Source: a virus. Taken from it: a DNA stretch of 38,069 bases. The number at the start of each line of letters is the position of its first letter. Within the stretch, counting starts at the first letter, position 1. The notes beneath the pieces are model-generated. The model did not search any database. It was not told the origin of the DNA and worked only from the letters and a program-made list of their open reading frames with translations. The stretch covers positions 1 to 38,069 of the IMG/VR virus record IMGVR_UViG_3300045988_128374. One strand, given 5' to 3'. The translations under genes and the position numbers were made by a program. Below, in pieces: positions 1-7,180 of the stretch.

Positions 1-55
1 GCTTCCTGAATCGCAACTGCAACTGCTACTGTAGCACCAACCATTGGGTTATTAC
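1..55. repeat. Terminal 55-bp direct repeat, left copy (putative att core)
   Basis: GCTTCCTGAATCGCAACTGCAACTGCTACTGTAGCACCAACCATTGGGTTATTAC is identical to 38015-38069. It lies next to the endolysin end of the element. Confidence 0.9.
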
Positions 56-197
56 CCAACTTTGAAATCAAATTTTTACAATTTATTTGTGTTTATTATC
101 ATGCTGTTTTTATCAGCATTTATGCGGGTTTAAGGGCTTTACATATTTATATTAGATTATTCTGATTTATTCTAAATCAACATTATTTAATCCATAT

Positions 198-238
198 TGT
201 GTACAAAATGTGTACACTGTTTCATTGTACACATTTTG
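198..238. promoter_or_regulatory. TGTACA(C/A) repeat cluster / 13-bp-stem hairpin in the left arm (putative integrase/Xis arm sites)
   Basis: TGTACAA occurs at 200-206, and TGTACAC at 211-217 and 226-232. CAAAATGTGTACA (204-216) pairs with TGTACACATTTTG (226-238). The 19-mer TGTGTACAAAATGTGTACA (198-216) and the 14-mer TCATTGTACACATT (222-235) recur at 37916-37934 and 37893-37906. Confidence 0.5.
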
Positions 239-327
239 ACTGTCTTTCTATCTATTTATATATATGTTATCACAATGCTGTTATATGTGCAATTCAGTAT
301 GATATACACTGTTGTATAAGTGAGTAA

Positions 328-1413
328 TTAGATGGGAAGTTTTAACTCCATACCTGCATAAAGCGGTGTATCTATACTCATTCCATTATATTCTGCTAAC
401 TCAACATATCTATATGGGTCTCCTAACGCTCTTCCTGCTACCTGCCAGAATCCTTCTCCAGCTTCCACTGTAGTATATGTTACATCTTCTGTCTCATCTT
501 CCTGTTCTTCTGGTGGTGTGTCATTAGGTTCATCATCATAATGGCCTGTAATACAATTATCATCTACGAATCCTGTTCCATCACCGATAAGGTAAGGGTG
601 TCTAGTTCCTTTATATACATGTGTTATAACTCCATCTGTATAATACGGTGTTGCTCCATCTGTCCAGTCGCCGGCTGTATAATAGATTCTATTGTAACAA
701 ACGTGATCTCCTTCATGGTACATTGTACCCACATCTTCTATATCTCTTTCTGGGATAGGTTCTTCTGGCTCATATTCCGGTGTATTAGCCTTTGCATAAG
801 CATTAAATGTCTCTTCATTCACATAGATGTCTGTGTCTGTCCTTGCAGACGAACCATCTATGCAACCATCCGAACTATCCTGCCAGATTTCAGCCCAATC
901 TACCGGACAATTATCAGGTCCCCAGATAGCAAGCCACTTCTTATCTGTAAGTGCTTCCCTATCTAAGATATTAGAGAACCAGTCAAGGTTAGCATATGTG
1001 CCTACAACCTCAAAGCCAGCCGCCTTTAAATCATCCATAACGATCTGGCAATATCTAGTGTATGCTTCTCCATTAGTGCGAGGATCTTTGTTGTTTCTTA
1101 CTTTGTATCCATCTGCATCTTCCATATCCAGATAAATACCTAATGCTGGATTATAGCCAGCAATCATTCTTAAGATATGTGCAGCTTCACTATGTGCCTC
1201 GTCTTCGTTGAGTGCATAACTATAAAGATATACAGCATATGGTTTACCAATTCTTTCAAGCTCCTGCATATTTCTTACAGCCTGCTTATCGTCCTGTGAT
1301 TCATAATTAGAGCCATATCCTACTCTAACAATTGCAAAATCAATTTGCTCCTTGATAATGTCCCAGTTAAGTGTTCCGTTGTTATCGCTAATGTCAACTC
1401 CTCTAATACTCAT
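328..1413 (-). CDS. Endolysin: GH25 muramidase N-terminal domain with C-terminal LysM
   Basis: Start placed at ATG 1413 (MSIRGVDIS), downstream of GGAGG. The GH25 pattern GVDIS..NG.LNW...DFAIVRVGYG...LDMED is present. The C-terminus is LysM-like (YTTVEAGEGFWQVAGR...LYAGMELKLP). The gene abuts the holin stop. Confidence 0.92.
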   Translation of the reverse strand: MSIRGVDISDNNGTLNWDIIKEQIDFAIVRVGYGSNYESQDDKQAVRNMQELERIGKPYAVYLYSYALNEDEAHSEAAHILRMIAGYNPALGIYLDMEDADGYKVRNNKDPRTNGEAYTRYCQIVMDDLKAAGFEVVGTYANLDWFSNILDREALTDKKWLAIWGPDNCPVDWAEIWQDSSDGCIDGSSARTDTDIYVNEETFNAYAKANTPEYEPEEPIPERDIEDVGTMYHEGDHVCYNRIYYTAGDWTDGATPYYTDGVITHVYKGTRHPYLIGDGTGFVDDNCITGHYDDEPNDTPPEEQEDETEDVTYTTVEAGEGFWQVAGRALGDPYRYVELAEYNGMSIDTPLYAGMELKLPI

Positions 1414-1414
1414 A

Positions 1415-1870
1415 TTATTTATCCTCCTGATTATCAATTGTTGTTTTCTGTTCTACCTGACTCTTTAAATTCTTAACAATAGGCTGCAAGAATGGTGGAA
1501 GTGCTACACCGATATCATTGATGTTTTCCAATATACTTATAATTTCGTTACAGATCAGCCATATTGCCACAACACAAGCCACTAAAAATGTAAATGGCAA
1601 TGTTATTCCAATAACACCTGCAGAATAAGAAAGGAGCTGGTCCACTATCACACCAACTCCAACTAAAAGCCACATACATATCTTTTTTGTAATTCCTTTT
1701 ATCCCCTTGTAACTATCAATCTCCTGGTTTCTAAACTTAGAAGCTACAAGCCCTGTCGCATAGTCAATTATATTGCATGTAACCAATAACAGTACCGGAA
1801 TTGCCAATATTCCCAAAGCACTTAAAATAATGCTCCACACTGTTGTTACAATAACTTTTATTTTTTCCAT
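1415..1870 (-). CDS. Holin (Phage_holin_4_1-like, multi-TM)
   Basis: Start placed at ATG 1870 (MEKIKV), after AGAAAGGA. The protein has several hydrophobic helices, the motif IIDYATG...K...G..KK, and a charged C-terminus. It lies immediately upstream of the endolysin. Confidence 0.87.
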   Translation of the reverse strand: MEKIKVIVTTVWSIILSALGILAIPVLLLVTCNIIDYATGLVASKFRNQEIDSYKGIKGITKKICMWLLVGVGVIVDQLLSYSAGVIGITLPFTFLVACVVAIWLICNEIISILENINDIGVALPPFLQPIVKNLKSQVEQKTTIDNQEDK

Positions 1871-1885
1871 CTTAAAATCCTTTCT

Positions 1886-1901
1886 GTTGCACCGGTGCAA
1901 C
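1886..1901. promoter_or_regulatory. 16-bp perfect palindrome GTTGCACCGGTGCAAC, copy 1 of 4
   Basis: This is an exact palindrome. It lies 4 nt upstream of the holin RBS and just downstream of the fibre-gene terminator. The conserved context is T-[palindrome]-TT on the plus strand. Confidence 0.6.
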
Positions 1902-1916
1902 TTTAAAATTTTTGTA

Positions 1917-1940
1917 TTAAAAAAAGACGCTTTCGCGTCT
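1917..1940 (-). terminator. Rho-independent terminator after the tail fibre gene
   Basis: The minus strand reads AGACGC-GAAA-GCGTCT followed by a T run of 7. Confidence 0.5.
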
Positions 1941-1973
1941 ATGATGAATCGTCATACATATTTACCACCCTTC

Positions 1974-4900
1974 TTACTGTTCTAATGCTTTAAGCCTGTT
2001 ATTAAGACTCTGCACCGTTGCTATTAGATCCGCGATAAGTTCGTCATATCTCAAGCTGTAACGTGCTGTCATAAGCTGCGTCTGCTCGTCTGTCAACTCA
2101 TTTATGGCTATCTCATTGTAATTTTCGTCATCAACTTTCTTGTCTATAAATAATCCCCAATCGCTGTCTCCCATTGATTCTTTAACTTCTTGTGCTATAA
2201 GTCCATGGTGTAACCTATTTGATGTACCATTCTTAAACCTAAATTCTGACGGAATCAAGCTGTAAATAAATTGTGCTGAATTATCAATATCAAGTGCTTG
2301 AATATCTTTCTTGACGTTTCTATCTGAATCGCTTGAGACATTTCCGTAAATAGTGCCGTTTACATACCAATTGTATTGAACTCTACCTGTTCCCCACAGA
2401 GAAAGCTCACAGTTATTTACGTATCGTCCTGCTTCTTCACCGGCATTAAATATTCTTATGCTTTTTGTTGTATCGCCGCCATTGTAGCACCAAAAACGTG
2501 CAATTTTTTCAGTTCCTTTTTTGCCAACTGAAAAATTTGAATTAACGGTCACAGGATAGTTTTCGTCATTGTAAGATTGTATCTCTGTGTGATATACCGT
2601 TGGCACACGCATATGAATCTTGTGGTCTGCATTTTGATCAATCACAATAGCTGTATAAATTTTTCTGTTCTCATCACTGTAATCAAGATGAAGTTCGTCA
2701 TTAAAATCTGAACAAATAACTAACGCTTGCCTTTTGTTTTGAGAACCGCTGTTTCCACCGTCAATGTATGATGTGTAAATTTTACCTGTAAAGTTATCTT
2801 TATCCGTCCACGAATAGAATTTAATTTGGCTCTCGTAGATTTCAATCCCTTTACCACCAACACTGTGATTTTTTGTAGACAGATACCCATCTGGGATATA
2901 TGTATATCCATCCGCTCGAACGTAAAAATCATCTACGTATGTTGCCGCCGCTGTCGTGTCTATATGATTAATATTTATAACTTTTGTTGATGTTGATGCT
3001 GGCTTATTAAGTGATATACCATACAGTCCGGCAGAACCGCTTAATCTTGTTGAAGAAATATTCCACCCTGCAATAGTACCCTGAACAAAATTTACAGTTC
3101 CGTCTGCCGCAATCTTTGCATTAGTGCTGTCTAATACAAATCGGTTCGATTTAAGCGTTATAACATCTGCACTTGCATTAATTTCGCTTATCAGCTTGTC
3201 TTTGTCTATTTTTACCTCTAAGCTAGCCTTTGTGGCATAATTAGAGCTTACTGTAGTTAATACAGAATTTGCGGATTGAGTAATTGCAGAATTCATTTGC
3301 GTTGTTGAACTGTATTCTGTAAATTTTTCGTCTATGTCTTCGGGGGCTGGTGTCCAGTCGGTTGCTTTGTCGCCGAATTCAAGTTTTGGCAATTTGAAAT
3401 ACGTGTAATCTCCGCTTGCTGTTGGCTGTAATCCAAGGTATACATTTATTTTAGAATCTGCTCCCGCTGGAACTGTAAATTTAATTGTAAAACGCCCAGC
3501 CGAAACATTTTGTTGTAAGAGAATATTTGCTGTTCCACTTTTGTAATACCTTATAACAACATAGCCTGCCTTAGTTCCTTTTTTGTTATAACCCGATAAC
3601 ATATATGTCTGACCTGCTGATACTGCTGTGACCGTCTGATATATGCTAAACCAGCTTGTCTTTTGCGTAGTCAATATTTTAAAAAATCCGTCTACATCTT
3701 TAGCAACAGTTGTTTTATCTTCACATGTCCACTTCGTTAAATCTGCCGTATTTAACAAAAGATTCCTTCCACCAATTTGCAAATCATTAAATTCTGTCTT
3801 ACTTGTATAAGTTTCACTTACAGTTGTTTTAAATCCATTCAAATCAGCTGTTAAAGCCGTCATATTTGACTGTAAAGCCGTAACTGTACTTCCGTCAGCT
3901 TTACTGTTAATCTTTGTTGTATTGCTATTCACTGTTGCTGTAAGGCTTGTAAGTGACTGATTAAGTGACGTGTACTGATTGCTTACTGTTGTTACTTTTG
4001 TATCTACAGATGATATATCGACGTCAATGTCTTCTGGTGCCGGTGTCCAGTCTGTTGCTTTATTACCTTCTTCAAGTTTCCAGCCACATTCGTAAATATC
4101 TCCCGCACCAGTAGATTCAAAATAAAAGCGTACATTTGTTTTTTCTTTAATTGTAAAATTTATATAATATTTTTCCCAATCACCAGTAATTGAAAATAGA
4201 GAACTTTGTATGTTTATCTGTTTAACAGTATCAACTACAAGCATTTGCACCTTATATATTGTATTTCCTTTTGCATATGCAGAAAAAACATAACTACCTG
4301 CTTCTAAGTTAATCGTGGGCCTGTAAAAATTCCAAGCCGTCGTTTTTAAACGTACAGTTAATCCTTTATATTGTTCAGCTATAATTACGCCTCCAACACC
4401 ATCTAGTGCGATAACATTTTGAAATACAAATTTTTTAGTACCTTGAAATAAATTTCTTCCACCAATCTGCAAATTATTTACAGCCGTTGATATATCCTGT
4501 TGCCAAACTTTACTCGAAATCTGTCCTTGCACAGCAGTGAGTTGTGTTCCCTGCGTTGTTACAGTATTTTGCAAATTTGTAACATTCGTAGTCATGTTTT
4601 TAAACACAATATCAAGCGTCTGTTTGTTCGCATCCACATAAATCTTACTGCTTTTCAGCGTGTGGCTTCCGTCTTCGTTAATTACATTAAAAAGGCTTTC
4701 TATATCCAGCTTACTTGCATTGATATTTGCATCTTCCTTTATCATATCGTTACGGATAATCTCACGTTGTACGCCGCTTTCAGTAAGTCCTAAAGCGTCA
4801 AACATCAGATTGCCGGATTTATCCCAAACATACATGTTGTAGTCAGAATTGGCATCTTTACCTATCTGAACCCTTATTCTATTACTATCTTTAATGATGA

Positions 4901-6392
4901 TTGTATTATCTTGCCAATATGACATGCCGTTTTCGCTGTGAACTTTAAATTTAGTTGTATTAAGGTCGAGAGCCGTAATCTTATCTGCGGCTATACTTTC
5001 TATCATTGCAGACTTTATCTGTGCATCACCGATATTCGCAACAATGCTGTTGCTAAATTCCGTTGTAAGGCTTCCACCTGACGCAGAGCCGAACATAAGT
5101 GTATTTACCTTTTCAACCTCAGCCGTTAAATCTGAAATATGTGATACGGCTGATTCAAAGTCTTTTGCATAAAAATCTTCAAATTTTCCTTCTACACCAT
5201 CGAGCTTCTCGATTGTTGCGTATTTTATATCAGCTTCATTTGTCTGCAAATAATTATTTTTTATGCTTAATATATCAGCCTCTATTGAAATTACCTTCTC
5301 AGATGTAACTGTATTCGCTTTTACCCATTCAGCATCTACTTTTTTAGCAACAAGTTCTTTTGTTGTAATAAGTTCCGAATACATTCTTTCAACTGCTTTT
5401 GATGTCGGACCTTTGAAATCTGTGCTTGTCTCAACTTCTGTTTTTCCGAATGATTTTACAGTCATAGACATTCCGCCGTCATACTCATATACTATATTCA
5501 TAACTGGCACACTATACTCAACGCCATTAACTGCTGCCGTTATAATATCCCATACATCTAGTCGTATATCTGCAGGTGCTTTTAACTCAACTTCTCTATA
5601 TGTAAATCCTTTTATTTTATTATATACATCTTCAAGGCCTGAAGATGTCATAAATGGATTATCAAATGTTACGCCGAGCGTTCCGCCTCCTGCTGTGTAT
5701 GAATTTGAATTGTCTATATTGGCTGTTAAATAATCTAAATGATAATTGCTCTCTGTTTTTTCAAATGCCATGATTCGTGATAAATCAAGTTTGAAATCTG
5801 TTTGCTCATACCATTTTATAATTATAGTTCCTATTCTGTTCACACAAGCAAAGCCTCCGACAAGTGAAGCTATATAACCTATCATCTCGCGGCATGTATA
5901 ACCTTCAGGTCTTTTTTCAATAACAACATCAATACCTGATGTATCTATCAGAACCCCGCACTGAACACTAATTTCATTCAATACATCTTTTGCTTTCGCA
6001 GGATATGATAAATCTGATATGTATATCCCTGTTGTTTTTATCATTCTGTCGTATGCTGTAAATGTCGTTGAATTTTCATCATTCGTAGGATGCTCTGCCG
6101 TAAATATTCCAACCGGAACATATTCATATGCACCACCTTGCAGTTTTAATCCGATTTCTACTGAAATCTCTGTATTTTCAAAAAGCTCGTCTATCTTTGC
6201 AACTGTAAGCTCTATTTTAGCCGAAACTGCCGAACCGAGTTGTAATGACTCTTCACTGCTTGAAGAATTCTCATACGTCATCTTTTTTAACCCGGTGCTA
6301 TACCATTTGCCGTTAATCTTTAATCGTGCATTAAATGTTCTTGAAGGACTTCTTATTGTATTTATAAATTCTTCTGAAACTTCACTATACAT
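1974..6392 (-). CDS. Giant tail fibre / receptor-binding tail protein (1472 aa) with C-terminal S74-type intramolecular chaperone
   Basis: The RBS AGGAG precedes ATG 6392. The gene lies downstream of the tape measure. It has coiled-coil-like Ser/Thr/Asn-rich segments and two duplicated about 150-aa modules. The C-terminus resembles peptidase S74 auto-cleaving chaperones (SSDSDRNVKKDI...HHGLIAQEV...YDELIA). Confidence 0.85.
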   Translation of the reverse strand: MYSEVSEEFINTIRSPSRTFNARLKINGKWYSTGLKKMTYENSSSSEESLQLGSAVSAKIELTVAKIDELFENTEISVEIGLKLQGGAYEYVPVGIFTAEHPTNDENSTTFTAYDRMIKTTGIYISDLSYPAKAKDVLNEISVQCGVLIDTSGIDVVIEKRPEGYTCREMIGYIASLVGGFACVNRIGTIIIKWYEQTDFKLDLSRIMAFEKTESNYHLDYLTANIDNSNSYTAGGGTLGVTFDNPFMTSSGLEDVYNKIKGFTYREVELKAPADIRLDVWDIITAAVNGVEYSVPVMNIVYEYDGGMSMTVKSFGKTEVETSTDFKGPTSKAVERMYSELITTKELVAKKVDAEWVKANTVTSEKVISIEADILSIKNNYLQTNEADIKYATIEKLDGVEGKFEDFYAKDFESAVSHISDLTAEVEKVNTLMFGSASGGSLTTEFSNSIVANIGDAQIKSAMIESIAADKITALDLNTTKFKVHSENGMSYWQDNTIIIKDSNRIRVQIGKDANSDYNMYVWDKSGNLMFDALGLTESGVQREIIRNDMIKEDANINASKLDIESLFNVINEDGSHTLKSSKIYVDANKQTLDIVFKNMTTNVTNLQNTVTTQGTQLTAVQGQISSKVWQQDISTAVNNLQIGGRNLFQGTKKFVFQNVIALDGVGGVIIAEQYKGLTVRLKTTAWNFYRPTINLEAGSYVFSAYAKGNTIYKVQMLVVDTVKQINIQSSLFSITGDWEKYYINFTIKEKTNVRFYFESTGAGDIYECGWKLEEGNKATDWTPAPEDIDVDISSVDTKVTTVSNQYTSLNQSLTSLTATVNSNTTKINSKADGSTVTALQSNMTALTADLNGFKTTVSETYTSKTEFNDLQIGGRNLLLNTADLTKWTCEDKTTVAKDVDGFFKILTTQKTSWFSIYQTVTAVSAGQTYMLSGYNKKGTKAGYVVIRYYKSGTANILLQQNVSAGRFTIKFTVPAGADSKINVYLGLQPTASGDYTYFKLPKLEFGDKATDWTPAPEDIDEKFTEYSSTTQMNSAITQSANSVLTTVSSNYATKASLEVKIDKDKLISEINASADVITLKSNRFVLDSTNAKIAADGTVNFVQGTIAGWNISSTRLSGSAGLYGISLNKPASTSTKVININHIDTTAAATYVDDFYVRADGYTYIPDGYLSTKNHSVGGKGIEIYESQIKFYSWTDKDNFTGKIYTSYIDGGNSGSQNKRQALVICSDFNDELHLDYSDENRKIYTAIVIDQNADHKIHMRVPTVYHTEIQSYNDENYPVTVNSNFSVGKKGTEKIARFWCYNGGDTTKSIRIFNAGEEAGRYVNNCELSLWGTGRVQYNWYVNGTIYGNVSSDSDRNVKKDIQALDIDNSAQFIYSLIPSEFRFKNGTSNRLHHGLIAQEVKESMGDSDWGLFIDKKVDDENYNEIAINELTDEQTQLMTARYSLRYDELIADLIATVQSLNNRLKALEQ
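1977..2336 (-). other. Peptidase_S74-like intramolecular chaperone auto-processing domain (fibre aa ~1353-1472)
   Basis: The motifs S-D-x-R-x-K-K-D-I, GLIAQEV and a terminal coiled coil (LIATVQSLNNRLKALE) are present. Confidence 0.7.
3330..3782 (-). repeat. Intragenic duplicated module 2 of the fibre (aa 871-1021)
   Basis: The module starts LQIGGRNLLL and ends KLEFGDKATDWTPAPEDID. It is a paralogue of the module at 4023-4472. Confidence 0.75.
4023..4472 (-). repeat. Intragenic duplicated module 1 of the fibre (aa 641-790)
   Basis: The module starts LQIGGRNLFQ and ends KLEEGNKATDWTPAPEDID. Its beta-rich composition suggests a jelly-roll or carbohydrate-binding-like unit. Confidence 0.75.
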
Positions 6393-6395
6393 ACA

Positions 6396-6797
6396 TTACT
6401 CCTGTATCATAAATTCAAGCGTCTCCATTTCTTTTAAAGAAATACTGTCATAGTCCCCACTGTCACATGTTTCGATCAATTCAAGCGACAATGGCATGAG
6501 TTCAATCTCAACCTCTGTATCATTAATCTCACCAATTTCTTTAATTGTATTTTCCTTGATTTCATCAGAATCAAACTGATAAGCCCCATCTTTTACAACC
6601 GGTCTTCCCTCATCATCTTTTAAACATCTGTCTTTTAAAATTTTTGCTCTTAATTCGTCTGCATTTTGTGCCTCTGACGCTAATGTTTTTATGTTTTTTG
6701 CAATCGCATAGCTTAATTTTACCGGAAAATGTTTATTTATCTCATGCAATTGACTTAATTTCTCGTATACCGTTTTAATTCTCATTGTCTGTTTCAT
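6396..6797 (-). CDS. Hypothetical tail-module protein (133 aa, acidic)
   Basis: The ORF is tightly packed between the small Dit-like ORF and the fibre gene on the same strand. I recognise no family. Confidence 0.6.
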   Translation of the reverse strand: MKQTMRIKTVYEKLSQLHEINKHFPVKLSYAIAKNIKTLASEAQNADELRAKILKDRCLKDDEGRPVVKDGAYQFDSDEIKENTIKEIGEINDTEVEIELMPLSLELIETCDSGDYDSISLKEMETLEFMIQE

Positions 6798-6817
6798 TTT
6801 CTGATTCCTTTCCTATA

Positions 6818-7168
6818 TTACTGCTGTATAATCTGAACACTTGCACTTCTGTAATAAAATATACCGTCGTCAAGTCTGCCTATCTGCTCTTTACTAAGTG
6901 TTCCCCTATAAGTTGGTATTGTTATGTCCTGCCCGTCATCATGGAATGTTATCGGGAAAAATCCGGCAATCAGCTTATTTTTTATTACCATAAGCTCTGA
7001 TTCCTGCAATATTCCCCAATTAACAGACAAGGTCTTCTTCTCAGCAACAACATCTCCCAGCATTGTGCCGTCAAGTGTACGTCCTGTAGCGGAAGACCAT
7101 AATATCTCATCATCCACTTTGAGAGAGACAGGAGCCGGAAGCTCCTGCCCGTCACATCTCAGTATCAA
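6818..7168 (-). CDS. Small tail protein immediately after the tape measure (possible minimal distal tail protein)
   Basis: This 116-aa beta-rich ORF lies 12 nt downstream of the TMP stop. The call rests on position only. Confidence 0.55.
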   Translation of the reverse strand: MILRCDGQELPAPVSLKVDDEILWSSATGRTLDGTMLGDVVAEKKTLSVNWGILQESELMVIKNKLIAGFFPITFHDDGQDITIPTYRGTLSKEQIGRLDDGIFYYRSASVQIIQQ

Positions 7169-7180
7169 TTCATCACATCC

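Noticed and set aside
1-55. Terminal repeat considered as physical direct terminal repeats, cos ends or a pure k-mer assembly overlap
   Set aside because: This is not fully excluded. The Terminase_2-type terS suggests headful packaging rather than DTR ends. The repeat sits exactly in the attP position with arm-type repeats on both sides, and an ORF runs through it. An att core is therefore the more economical explanation.
56-327. Left arm searched for a tRNA gene or small RNA as the integration target
   Set aside because: No cloverleaf-compatible stems or conserved T-loop (GTTCRANYC) / D-loop motifs were seen. The region is AT-rich with TGTACA repeats and short hairpins only.
3330-4472. Fibre repeats considered as a diversity-generating retroelement (template/variable repeat pair)
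   Set aside because: No reverse transcriptase gene is present anywhere in the window. The two modules differ throughout at the protein level, not at adenine-specific positions within an otherwise identical DNA repeat.
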